Shown here: positions 39,400 through 52,018 of the stretch, piece after piece
Position numbering within the stretch: the first letter of the stretch is position 1
Layout: each line of letters opens with the position of its first letter
Source: Paraglomus brasilianum
Taxonomy: Eukaryota
DNA length: 52,018 bases
NCBI GenBank assembly: GCA_910592345.1
Contig: CAJVPI010000118.1
Location: forward strand, 1 to 52,018
Reading direction: 5' to 3'
Notes under the pieces: model-generated
The model's input: the letters and a program-made list of their open reading frames with translations, nothing else
The model's database searches: none
Told to the model about the DNA's origin: nothing
Position numbers and translations under genes: made by a program

Positions 39400-42300
39400 T
39401 AACAAATTAAAATTGTTCTTCACTCACGTCGGTATTACTTGTCAATTTGCAGAACGCAACCTTGTTGAAGCATCACCTACATTTAATAGCTTAATCGGCC
39501 CCACTCCATATAATAATATATGGGATCAACAATATGTGCGTTGATTATGACTGCATTTTCAGCACCATACTGAATGAAATTGTTTGAATGAATCGAAACC
39601 CATCTATAAAAACAAAATAAATAGGTCGGTAAAAATTAAGATAATATGCAAAGCTTTTTGAGAAGCGTATAACTGAATAATCGCCGGCATCAAGAGACCG
39701 ATCCCATTGGCATGCACTTATTATCGAGTTTCAAACACATCTTCCCCTATCACATAGCCCTACAAACAATACCATAACAGCTTGTTTATAGTCATAAGGA
39801 AACTTGTCCCGACCTTTTGTATATGGAACACACGTGCTTGTTGATAAAGCGATTCGAGTAGAATGGAAAGATCGACCAGGACGTTTTGGAGGTTGTGCGG
39901 AGCCTGTCTTTTATCGTTTGATAGTATCATGATAGACCTCTGCTCGTCTAAAGCCATCTCTAAATCTCGTTCGAGAAACTAATAATCTTATGGTTATGCA
40001 CAGGGAGTCTCCGTATCGTTAGCGATAATTCTTCATTTACACGATGGGGCACAGACCATCCATCCATCCGTTTCTGACTATATAGTCGAGTACTACTGTA
40101 GTCAATAATACTTTCGAATAGATATGACTTACGCGTTATCATCCACGTCTCAACGATCGAAAGAAATCTTGCTGATCGAATTATAACCCAAACACGTCGT
40201 GTAACAACTGATTTCCACATCTGGATATCCATAGCATTTGCTGAGAATGTAAATAGACGATGGTTAGGGCATTGAATTGAGAACGCTTCTTGCATAATCT
40301 ATTGTGTCATTAAATGCATTTGTCACATCACAATTGTATCTTCCGCAATCACCTGTCTCCTATAATTCAAATTGTTATCTTACGGGATATCACTTTTATT
40401 AATTTTGCCTCTAGTATATTTATATTTATCAGATGCAATGCTGTATTCCATAGAAGCGTATTAGATAAATTAACTTAATTGTGCGGTTGTCAACGCCCAA
40501 AAGGATGTAATTGCGAGTTATTATTATGTAAATTTAACAAGCAATCGAATTTAATTATTGTATGCACAGTATACGTGTAGTTGCGGCGAGTATAATAGAA
40601 TTAAAAATTTGGAAGGTTAATTTTTTGTACAGTGTTACTGTATATTTAGAATAATTTATCGATTTTATTTCAAATTTGACGTGTAGACAATAGCAGCCTC
40701 ATAAGTTAACAAGTGGAGAAAACTTGCTGCAAACGAAAGAAGTGAATATTCGTATCGAATTGAATTGTTGCAGTCTTTTGTTTGGGAATATATTCAAAAC
40801 TTTGATACACACCGCACGTTTTATGTATACACAGTGTTATGTTCCACAGCCCAACCAAAAAAATCTGGTATTTAAGGCCTTGTAGACAGCAAGTAATAAT
40901 CGCATAATATGCGCAGTATTACTGTAGTTACGCGTGACCTATAAAGACTGACCCAGCAGTTGGACATCACTAAGCTTGGGATAGACACTTTATATAATTT
41001 TGCCAAGCCCGTTTTGGTCATAGCAGCAGGAACAATTTAATATAATATTAAGCTTGAAACTTTTGTGCACATGAACGCGGTAGTGCATAAATGATACGCT
41101 AACCCCATTAAGCAATGGTATTCACCCACTTCGCTTGACATCTGTGACGAAGAGAAACAACTTGTAAAGAATTCGTTCGCGATAAATTCGCGGAGTAGAT
41201 GTCAACGATATTCATGTCGACAATATACAATCATTGGATTTGGCGGAAGCGGTGGTGGATTTCGAGCTATGATAGCTACAACAGGTAAACATTTTTGTTA
41301 AAATGTCAAGTTCCATGACAATAGTATTACTAACGCGCTTTTTTACACAGGCTATGTTTACAGTCTGCAAAAATTGAATTTTATAATTATGGAACATATT
41401 TTGGAGGTATGTGATTATGGAGTATGAGTATGTAGTTATCCATAGTGTTATTATTTATCCTTGTATACATATTTGTTATATTGGTTCTTGTGAAGGTGTC
41501 AGTGGATGTTGTTGGAATCTAGCCGCACAATACACTTCCATTGTTTCGGAACAAGACAATCCACTTGAAGTTTAAGTAATTGAGATGTAAACCGGTTGAC
41601 GTGACTTGTTATCTCAGGCACTGATCGATCATTTTAAGAAATGACTCGACCATCACATTGCTAATCCACATGCGGTTATCAAATCGTTACCGTCTGTATG
41701 TTCGTGATTGCTAACTTCAGAAAATTGTTTCAAGCAATGTCGAACTATATCTTCGGAGATTCCTAATCCGCTTAAAGACATACAAATGTCTGATAATCGA
41801 GTGAAATACCGTCGGATATTATGGTTGAAAGAATAATGTCGAGTGTTCTATACATGTAATCTGGATCAATGTATCTCCAATATCCTAGACAAGGAAAACA
41901 GGTGGAGGGCGGAAACATAGACGAGAAATCATTCGATCAGTCTCGTTTGCTTAGTAACTTAATCCAAGGCAATCGATGCCGCCTGAAAAAGGCAAAAAGA
42001 GTTTTAGAGGGCAACGTACTTTGGGCGTTAGTTTCCATTTTCTCTGCACAGAGGTCTCCCAATTTCTTTGTAAAGTCGAGAATTCTGTAAGCTCCTTTCT
42101 CATATTTTTGACCGAAGTTGTACCAAGGCGCGTTTTGATAAGAACTACAGCTACGCTCACGTTCTTAATAGACTTTGTTTTCCGTAACTTGAAATGTGCA
42201 AACAAGCAAGTTGTATCCGGCTGGACAATTTCAAGAGATCTTATCCATGTGTAATAAACTGACTGTTCGCTACATATTTTCCACGTGAAGATAATAAAAC

Positions 42301-43600
42301 ATAGTACGCAAATGTAGTATAGTATGTGGATATGCGCTCGTTTACTAGTAACGATAGCAGTTGCTGGATGTGAAAAGCACTTATTACCGAAGTTGAATGT
42401 AATTACACGATTTGGATCCGAGATAGCTCGAAACTTTTCAATTGTGCTGTATATTAGATCCTGCCACATGTAAACACTTCACAGTAGCAATTTAGGCAGA
42501 GGGTCATTTTCTTTACTCATTTGACATTCCATATCGCCAATTGTCCAAGTAGCAAGTTCCCAACTTTGGATGACTTGTTTGATTTCTTTCCCTACGATCC
42601 TGGCATTATCAAGTATTCCTCATAGGTGATCGTATATTTAGAACAGTAAGAACAATACGCTCACGAATCTCATCAGTAATCTGGCCTGAGAATCGATAGT
42701 TTCAATTCGCGTCCAGCCTGTAAGAGTCATTGGGGGGTCAAGAGAAATATTAATGACAGGTCGAAAACGAAGATGCAAGACAGTCAGCTTTATTACAAAT
42801 TACATTTGACAACTGTCTATTGAACGGCAATCGACATACTTTAAACAATTTACCTTGTCAAAGCATGGTCTTTAAGTCCGGAGTGAAGGGGCAAGGCATC
42901 AAAGTTGCCAATGCAACTGCGAAGACGAATATGTCCGTTAGGGCTTTGTAAATCCAGGTTACGAATAATGGGCTTTTTTTGGTATAATAAGAATTATGCC
43001 TATGAAGTTCCATTCCATTCAGAGCGTAAACTCTTCTCACAGAGAGCGGCATATGAAGTATTCCAATGCCTAGACTATGGCAATGCGTACACATATACAC
43101 AGTAATCGTCATTGTCGAAATTTGGTAGCTTCCTTCACATTGTTAATCGGCGAACGGAATCGATTACATGACCTTTGTCTTCGGCAGCTACAAGTGTACA
43201 TATTGCTTTATTAAACACTGATATAGCAACTAACTATAACACGATTACTCTTCATTTCGACCATTATCTAATGAGATTCAATGAACCTTTCCTGTACCCT
43301 TCTAGGTAATCCTCACCTTGCTCTTCTCAAACTTTTAACTACCAGATGTTATTCAATATTGGAACTTCCTTCATAACGCCTAGTGCACTGTCATATCAGC
43401 AAGCTATTGGTTTGGAAATTTCTCGATTTTAATTACGTTATCCTCTTTGTTTACCAAATGATCAAGTTCCGGTTTCCATGGCTGGATTATTAAAGACGGT
43501 GGATCTGAAATAGTATTGTTCGTATCCCGGGAATACAGATAGTGCCATTTAATCGTCGTTTCTAATTTCTTGGTTCTTGAAATGATTTCACCAATGGCCG
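39400..43600 (-). pseudogene. Large degenerate coding region(s), family not recognised
   Basis: A chain of protein-like minus-strand fragments broken by stops and frameshifts: RSCIGNFDALPLHSGLKDH; LHLRFRPVINISLDPPMTLTGWTRIE; GILDNARIVGKEIKQVIQSWELATWTIGD; ALSTSTCVPYTKGRDKFPYDY; YVIGEDVFETR; CQWDRSLDAGDY; GAENAVIINAHIVDPIYYYMEWG. This may be two separate remnants (39400-40330 and 41200-43600). Confidence 0.4.
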
Positions 43601-44224
43601 CTTAATATTAACGGCTTTTTCTGTCATCATGTGTTGCTAAGGATTTTATGAAATTCGCCCATATTAATATTAATATTAATACAATTTTACAAATTGGTCG
43701 ATACAAATATTGATCACGTGTGTGCATTCCCCATGTTCTTTTGGTGCAAATTCTCTCTTCCCCTTCACTTAAATTTTCTTCCATATCTGTTAGTGTCTGT
43801 TATAAAGACACCTTCAAGTCAGAAGAATTTCTTCGATGAGTAATGGTTTAACGCTAATAAGACTGACAATTGGTAATTTGATTTTCGAACTTGGAAATTG
43901 CTGTCTTTTATTTATGTCTGATTTTTTACTGTGACTAACCTAATCGACATATTCTAACAGAAATATATAGTGTAATAGTAATACAATGATACATATTAAT
44001 ATGGTTAATAAATTTGCTGGGATTTGGAAAAATTGGGGGATAGGGATACATCTGAGATATAACTGAGGTAGAACTGTAATAGTTTATAAGGACTGAAAAT
44101 TCATTGCATGTTGCAGGATATAGGGAGTGTGCATTTATCACTAAGTCCCAAGACCGTGCCAAACCGTGCATTTAGGGAGGGTGTGTATTTAGAGAGTGTA
44201 AATGAAACGGAAGCTTCGATCGAA

Positions 44225-44816
44225 TCTATAATAATAACGCGGTATGCTCGGTCGGATCGGTATACCGCTGCTGTACCAGATTCCTAAAATGTCCCTCTTT
44301 GTCGATTGGGGGCACAGCCCCATAGCAGCAGCCACGGCTTTAGTTTTTCTAAGTCGAGGATTCCTAAAGTGTCCCTCTTTGTCGATAGGGGCTCAAGTAA
44401 TTGCATTTCTAGGCAGGCCCATAGCAGCAGCAGCCGCCGCTGCTTTGGTTTTCTGCCTATATATTATATTTTAATTGCATATTATAATATATAATCTTAT
44501 GGACGCCATGGTCTGGTCCCAACGGCATGCACTTAGAGGATGTTTTATCTGCAGTACAGATATTCTTCTTTGGGTCTCTACCTACGACCCGTCTCAACTC
44601 TGCAACGTTCTCATTTAGTAATTATATTTCCTGAGGCTGGTATAGCATATGCCAGGCCGACGAAATCGTCGTTTCTTAATGTCCTTTTGTTTCACTCTTG
44701 TCTCATTAACCATCCACCATCTTACTCTCCGGGCAGAGCTCATTTATATACAAGACTTCCATATCAATTCTAAGGCGCGTAGCCGGAATGGTACGCGCTT
44801 TGCATACAAGAACTAG
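44225..44816 (+). mobile_element. Non-autonomous Helitron, apparently complete (592 bp)
   Basis: The 5' end reads A|TCTATAATAATAA. A 3' GC-rich hairpin, AAGGCGCGTAGCC-GGAAT-GGTACGCGCTTT (44772-44801), is followed 11 nt later by CTAG|T (44813-44817). This fits the Helitron TC...hairpin-CTRR structure inserted in an AT dinucleotide without a TSD. An internal ~80-bp duplication lies at 44279-44453. Confidence 0.65.
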
Positions 44817-45830
44817 TCACGTGCTGCGTGTACTGTCGTGTAATACAAATCACAGGTCTGCAGCTGTGTTACTATAAACAGTCACATGCTATAGAAACAT
44901 TGTGGGTTTATGTAAGCATATATCGTATAATAGCCTGCTACTCACTTCTTACAAACCTATTATAATAATAAGCCGATTGTATAATGCTACACAACCTATA
45001 CTACACATCCCTCAGCCGACTATAATATCCATATGAAGGCCATATTTCTTGGATATAATGGAGCTGGCAAATTGAAGAATACGAAGACAAGCAATTGCAA
45101 GAGCTCTTTGAGGAAGAATACAGGAAATCCGCCTATTTTGCACTAAAGAAGAATTGCTGGCATACGACAATACGCCAAACAAAATTGGCCATCCCAGAAG
45201 AGTTTGAAATGCGACTTTAATATATTTAAGTACAAACAAGTAGAAGACTGAATTCTCACCGGCAAATCATTTACTCGAATCTATCAATACCCTGCGAGAA
45301 GTTCCGCTGCGCTGACAGTTATAAAACATACACATGGGGCCGCGTAGGATGGGAAAAAGGCTGGATAACTTCCCGACTCCATAGTATACATGATTCATAC
45401 TTTCATTGGATACTCTATTAATACACATGAACGAACCTTTTTGTCATGGTTCAACAGCGATTTATGTCGCGTACCAATATGCATCTCGCCATCACTACGT
45501 GTAATCTCTTGTTATCACTATGAGCTAAATACGACAACCGATACTCCTGCGGTATTAGAGAGAATTTTCCATTGCTGTACTTATATGGTAAGTCGTTGCG
45601 CCAGAGCAACCCAATTCCAGTTGTAACCAACTGCTCAATGAGAAACAATATCCGAATATTCCATTGTAATTATTTATACTTAGAACACGCAAGTACCCCC
45701 GACAGAGGTTGTACACCAAATACTATACACATACCATACTACAACGGATCTAACCACACGAAATACAATACTACAACATAAAACACACAACATTATCCGA
45801 TAATGGTTATCTCAAGACAAGAATTTGAAC

Positions 45831-45905
45831 TACAGTCGAACCCCGTTATAACGAAATGCGTTATAACGAATTTTTGTTATACCGAAGCAAGTGTTCCTCC
45901 CCCTT
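45831..45905 (+). mobile_element. Orphan pogo/Tigger-type terminal inverted repeat (left end)
   Basis: TA|CAGTCGAACCCCGTTATAACGAA is followed by two more GTTATA(A/C)CGAA subterminal motifs. No matching right end was seen in the window. Confidence 0.65.
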
Positions 45906-46460
45906 TTTTTCAATATTTAAATTTGATCGGTATTACGAATTTTAATAGTCCTTTCTATTTAATTTATCATACACTGATAAGAGAATTCTATATCACACGA
46001 GAGTGAAACGTTGAAGTGTTAGGGTGATGGTGATAGACATGAGGAATGAGTCGTAGTAGTAATATATCAAGACCCAAAAATTGGTATATTTTATGTCGAG
46101 TCGTTGCATTGAAGAACAAGAGCGATCAATGTTTTGTCGTCAATTAAAGACAATAATGCAATCGGATATACTGTGAACAAAACTGGTGTTGATACTATAA
46201 ATAAGGTCGATACTCTAAATAATGTGTGTCATAATCCAGCCTCGTATGCCATGCTGTTTCTTTTCCCGAACATACATTTTCAAAACTACATTGGTCGAAA
46301 ATATTTATATAATGAAAGCGGATGTTTATTTATATGTGTCAGTACAAACAACAAGTTGATATTCCAGACATTAAAAATTATTCTGGTTGGTCATCGTTGG
46401 GTTCCCCCATCACTCCGTCCTCATTAGGTGTAATCATCTAGAGACCGACAAGTGTTTGAA

Positions 46461-46635
46461 GTCCCTTCCGTGCCGTTGCAGCCCCACTGTGGTAGCTGTG
46501 CCATCGCGCTGTTTATCCGAGGATAAGAAAGATTCATTTACGGGACCCTGTTCGACGTCCATTCCGTGCCGTTGCAGCCCCACTGTGGTAGCTGTGCCAT
46601 CACGCTATTTATTTGAGGATAAGAAAGATTCATTC
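46461..46635 (+). repeat. 96-bp-period tandem duplication
   Basis: GTCC.TTCCGTGCCGTTGCAGCCCCACTGTGGTAGCTGTGCCATC.CGCT.TTTAT..GAGGATAAGAAAGATTCATT starts at 46461 and 46557. Confidence 0.92.
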
Positions 46636-48129
46636 ATGATTATTATAGCGTATGAAAATGAGTAAAATCATGTAAGTAGCTTCTGTCTAAATTCTGTCTA
46701 AATTATTCACGATTATTATAATGCCCACGTGGTCGAAAAGAAAAACATATGAGACAATGTAAAATATATTTACCAATTCATCCCAGCTTCGGAAAAGTGG
46801 GACGGCCTGTAAACGTTCGCGTTAATTACTTCAAGGAAAACGCTCGATAATATTCTCCAGAGCTTCCTCCGCGGCGTGTCGTATTGTTTTCTTCGTCTCA
46901 CGCCGTGTTGAGGCCCTGCGGCAACTGGCCTGTGATAAAAAAAAATTCATTCGCAATTTATTAAAAGTTTATCTTTTTGAAAAGAAAAAAATAAGTATGT
47001 AAATATACTTACCAATCTTTCGTGGCCATTTATTTATATCGGCCATTCTGACTACGGGGAATTGTGCGTCTGATGATGACAATAAATTAAAGAGTTAGGA
47101 TGGGAATAAGTCATATATTTACAATATCAATGAAGCTTATTCCTTACTTACATTATCGCGATAGATATGCATGATATGGTCACCTCCAATAACTGGGGAG
47201 GATGACGAGCGATGACACTACGCGTTGATATATTAAAATAATTAGCAAAATGGTGAAAGCATGTAGACAGCTTCAATTATAGCTTACATTGATAAATCGT
47301 CTGTGGCCATTGCCCGACCCAACGGTATTTCTACCATATAGGAAAAGCACTATTAAATCGAGACAGGTTAAATAAAAGAAATTAGTAAACTGACATTGAG
47401 CATCTTGTTGGGTTAACGGTGAATAAGGTGGCACTCTCGAGATATTATTAGGATAAAACCTGTCAGGAAAATGAATACTATCAAGCAATGGACAACTGCA
47501 TACATGAAGATTTTTCCACATTGACACTAGATTCTGTTATAAACACCACCAGCACCCATCAAGCATTATTGCTATCGTATCGCATATCCGTAAATACTAA
47601 CAGAGAGACTTACCGATAAAATAAAAGTAACCGATATATGGCATATTAAAAAATGGCCAACATCGGCCGTAGTTGGGACAAGGGACTGTAAAAATGTTCA
47701 TTTTTGAAAGAGGATAAGTGCCTTGGAGAGTTATATCTCTTATCATGAAAAAGCTTGTTGCCTACAGGGCGGTTGTATTTGACTAAAACATAGATTGTTG
47801 GTCGGATGGTATACAATCTTTGTTGTGAACTTGTCAGATTTTCGATACAAACAAAATTATTATACGAGTTTACAAACAAAAGTCGGTGTTACTCATTCAA
47901 CCAATGATTTTATATGTTATGGTTTGTGTCATGTTGAAATTTGTTTTGGTTTATTGCGTCATATTAATATTAATATTTATTCCAAGTACCGAACAGCTAA
48001 AGCAACGGTTCATTAGCAGTAATATTGTAACCAATGACTACATAATATATGTTTATATCGAAGTTATGGTATTATAATTGTTATCCTCTGTGTAATTATA
48101 AATGCTTACAAACGATATTCATATGGATT

Positions 48130-49900
48130 AAATTGGCCTCTCTCTTAAAGGCTGTGGTTCAAAGGTGAAATTGGATCGGGACTGACCCTTATCATTATCA
48201 TAGCTATCGAATTTTCTCTGATCCGAGCATTGACCTGCTTGGTTAGTTTCCTCTCTTGTCTGTATTCAACTTTCAAATATTTATATGCTTTTTGATATAG
48301 CTCTAACATCAGATTTAATAAAGCCAAACATGCCTAATGTCTTTGGTCATCTGCCGGTAAAGCTTCTATCGGAAGTAAACGACGTCGTTTATACCATGGC
48401 ACCCTGACTGCTTGTTTTTTCTTTATAATTTTCCTTTTCCATCCAGAGATACCGCCATTACTAGATACACTCGTTTCGCGGCGACCGTCGCGTGATGGTT
48501 GTACCAGTGTCCAAGGAACATTTACAACGTTGATAGACACTCGGGCTCATCAGCTTCCTTTCGTCTTACATACATACTTTGAGTCCCATACCTTGCATCT
48601 TTATTATTCGTAACCCTTACACCGTTGTTTCTTGCTTCCTCATTCAACCCTCTTCTCGCATCTTGCTTCTCTAATAATATTCCTTCACACTCTTTCTCCT
48701 CATCCAATACTCGTTATCCTCTATAACCGTAGCACATAAATCTTTCTCCAGTATTTCGTGATAACATTATAATAATAAGAAATGTCGATATCCAGACGTT
48801 TGGATATTACATTGGCAATACTGAGAATCCGATCGCAGCTGAGACCTCTGCATCATTGGTTTCTTGGGCGGTAGTACCGTTCAACAATGACCGGTTCAAG
48901 TATTGGTTTCTTTCTTGGTCTTCCAGGGCCGCGCTTCTTCGGAACTACATACATAGCTTCGCGATTGTATCGGAGCAGTAGATGCTGACGAGACCTTACC
49001 CGTAGCATCCCTTGAAATGTCCATGTTAGCCATGCCTTGTAATGAATCGGTCGAGTAGTTCGTTGTGTTTGCCCTTGCTGGATTTGTATGTCCTATTATG
49101 TCATCTCTGCTACGGTAACGTGACGGCTAGTACTGACTGCACCTGGCACTTCTCGTGTTTGCGAACGAGTACGCCCTCGCAGATCTTTCAAGTATATTCG
49201 TTTACTAGTGTCTGTTTGTTGATGTGATTCAAAAAATTGGGGGAGAATAATCGCGTCCGTTTGACAACCTTGGTCATGTGCCTTGGTTTTCTTTGGAATA
49301 GAAGGAGCGGAAATCTGATGCTCTTGGTCTGTTGGCTCTACTTTCGTCAAATTTTCATCTCCATCAATGATTGATGCAACTGCAGACTACTCTCTTCATT
49401 ATCATCGTGGTCAAATGTTGATTCTGTTGCGGGACTATGATGCGCGTTATCGTGACTTTTATACTCTGAATGTACTTATTGTTAATGTGGTATTCATACA
49501 AGCGAAATTGTTTTTCGATACCATTAGTATCATTGTTCATTTCATTGGATCTACATTTCTAGGATAATGAGATATTCGGTTGAAAGAAAAGTTCGGCGAG
49601 TTGCTTTGAGATATCCAATAATCCCATTTAAATTCGGCTGGTGGTTCTCCATTTCGGAGACATTCCAGTATTCTTATTACTGCAAGATGATTTATGAACT
49701 GTGTTCCATACTCTTTTCCATATAGATATAAATGGCTCTTTGTTTGGCTCATATCTCCGTGAGGGGCAGTTCCACTGGGGCATTTAGCTCGAAAGAGACG
49801 TCAAGTGGTCGTGCTCAGCAAGGCCGCTAGACCGTGTGCAATTCAAGCGTTGCTCAAATTATTCGTGTTACTAATACTCTAATATAATTCAGCTGGAATG
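48130..49900 (-). pseudogene. Degenerate gene with an AT-hook motif
   Basis: 48901-48942 (minus) encodes PKKRGPGRPRKKPI, containing the GRP core of an AT-hook. It is flanked by several interrupted minus-strand ORFs (49537-49752, 49096-49350, 48522-48707). Confidence 0.4.
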
Positions 49901-50473
49901 ATCGACTATGAAAGTTACTCATTATAGGGTTACGAGGTTGTAGTTAGAGAGTGAAATCTACCTATCAACGCTTGACAAAATCACATAGAGCTGGAATTGA
50001 CCTAATGGGACCATTGTTGGAGAATGTTGAACTAATGATCATTTCTTCTGGAGATCGTAAAATTATCGCGCTGTCAGTCAAACGAGTCGAAGCATTTTTT
50101 TTCAATTATCGATTTCTTTATCGATTTGCAGGGCAGGAAGCACAGTATAAGAAGGACCATGATAAAATCTAACGGATATCGACATTCCCAGTCATGTGTC
50201 TTCAGTCGACGTCGCAGTTTTATGATGGCTTGGCTACTGTTCGTAAGTTGTGGTTGGGCGTTGTTTTTGGTGGTCTGGTTCAAGATGGCAGCATCGAACT
50301 AAACAGGTGGCAATCTATTTTAGTATAAAGTTATACAAACGGACTTTGACATGCTCATGAAGGTCAAATGTATGATTCATGTTAGTCTTGGTGATTAACG
50401 GATCTGTGCAATTGTAAATATGAACGTCTTAAATTACCATTGAAATTCTTAAAAGAAAGATGAGCGAGAGCTC

Positions 50474-50950
50474 ATGACAACAACGTGGCCGATCTCGACA
50501 AACTAATAAAAAAGACTGGCAAGGACTATGAAAAACAAACAAAGATGGATAACAAGGCTGCAGTTGGATCTCATGAAGTAAGTAGACCGTATTTTCTTCT
50601 AACTAAAATGATGTTCATCCCATGCCATTCTTTATTAGAAGTATATATATCTACGCTGACGTCACTTGGTACAGAGATTGCCCAAAACCGTAAGGAATAT
50701 GCAATTCAGCTTTGTCCCCTGTTGCAGGCACGACCAAGTATGGTTCAGTAAAATTGTCTGCATCATTGATCTTGGCAATCTGGCAAGCATTGGTTAACAC
50801 GGTTTTTTTCTCTTCAGTAGCTCAATGACCGCCTCTATTTCCGTCTGATAGTGCTATGCGTTGAGCTTTGGCTGGTTACTAGTAGTTCTGCTGCTCATCC
50901 AAGTGAACCTGAATATCGAAGCAAACACTACTTCAAGCAGCAAGCATACA
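50474..50950 (+). pseudogene. Intron-containing pseudogene fragment of a helical/coiled-coil protein
   Basis: LDKLIKKTGKDYEKQTKMDNKAAVGSHE, then an intron (GTAAGT 50578...TTAG 50638), then (K)YISTLTSLGTEIAQNRKEYAIQL, then a second GTATGG...TTCAG intron. The spliced frame is broken by an apparent extra AT in a (TA)n run. Confidence 0.4.
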
Positions 50951-51646
50951 TAATGTACTTACATACCGTCAGAACCCCCACAAACGACAACGTCGAGCAG
51001 CAGCAGAAACAACAAAAGAGGAGATGGTAAGGACCAGAATATTTGCTAAAGAAATTACAAGAAGTTTATTGTGATGGTAAATTGGCTGACTTATTTAAAA
51101 GATCATAATTGAAATTGGATTCATTGCAGTGTGACAATTTACATTTAAAGAACAAAATACGAGAAGTCAATAATTACGAGAAGTCAATAATCTTTGGTTG
51201 AATAAAAACGTGGTCTCGACTTATCGAGATAACAATCGGTAATAATTTTAGTTTGTATCCGAATGTAATATCATCAAAGTCGTCATGATTAGAAGACTTC
51301 CATTATAAATAAGTGGCTAGTAATTAATGTCGGCAGAATATTCCTTGAACGAATGTTACCATTGCTTATGGATAAAAAGGATTTGGTTATAATTATTATG
51401 GGGTATGATTATGAACATTTAGGAGAAACGAATTGCATTAACTCACTTCACTATGTCATGTGATCTTAGGCATTAGAGCAGTGCCGGTAAGAGTTTAGCC
51501 AAAACCAGCATATAACAATGTCCCGTGTGTTTATTTGCATTGTGTAACAGAAGATCTTGTCGTGATTTGTTTGTTGTTTGTGGAGGTTGAGATTGGTGCG
51601 AGTTAAAAATCCGAAACAATTAAAGTTTAGGTTTGCACACATCAAA

Positions 51647-51911
51647 GTAATAATGAGCAGTTCGACATATTAGATAATCTGGCACGCGCAATTGTAGCAA
51701 TGTAATAATGAGCAGTTCGACATATTTAGATAATCTGGCACGCGCAATTGTAACAATGTAATAATGAGCCGTTCGACATATTAGATAATCTGGCACGCGC
51801 AATTGTAACAATGTAATAATGAGCTGTTTGACATATTAGATAATCTGGCACGCGCAATTGTAACAATGTAATAATGAGCTGTTCGACATATTAGATAATC
51901 TGGCACGCGCA
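51647..51911 (+). repeat. 55-bp minisatellite, ~4.8 copies
   Basis: Unit AATGTAATAATGAGC.GTTCGACATATTAGATAATCTGGCACGCGCAATTGTAAC; periods 55/56/55/55. Confidence 0.95.
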
Positions 51912-52018
51912 GATAAATAAAAAAGGCGTTCTGTAAGGAAAATACACTACCCTACCATAAATCACCGGATTTTTGTCACGTGTTTGAAATAGATATGAAA
52001 TTTTTGTATTTTCTAAGC

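Noticed and set aside
45040..45110. ABC ATPase-like motifs (LGYNGAGK; RQAIARAL)
   Set aside because: The motifs sit in different frames only a few codons apart, and the third frame looks equally protein-like. Probably chance.
51647..51911. CRISPR-like array
   Set aside because: The units are contiguous with no unique spacers, there are no cas genes, and the context is eukaryotic.

Overview
This is AT-rich eukaryotic DNA with short GT-AG introns, most likely from an early-diverging fungus (Mucoromycota/Glomeromycotina-like; this is an inference from intron size and transposon types). Only one clearly intact gene is present in 52 kb: a two-exon cellular RNAi RNA-dependent RNA polymerase (minus strand, 7380-11138, ~1220 aa). 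It has an Asn/RGG-rich N-terminal extension, an RRM split by the intron and an intact DLDGD catalytic motif. The rest is gene and transposon debris: a degenerate RdRP fragment ~1.6 kb downstream of the gene, a pseudo-tRNA-Ile, an apparently complete 592-bp non-autonomous Helitron, pogo/Tigger and Tc1 remnants, an SF2 helicase pseudogene, and several unidentified pseudogenes. It also holds a three-copy dispersed family (two copies inverted), a 129-nt fold-back hairpin and many local tandem duplications. There is no CRISPR array or prokaryotic system. Family assignments of the degenerate pieces come from motif recognition by eye and were not checked against databases.
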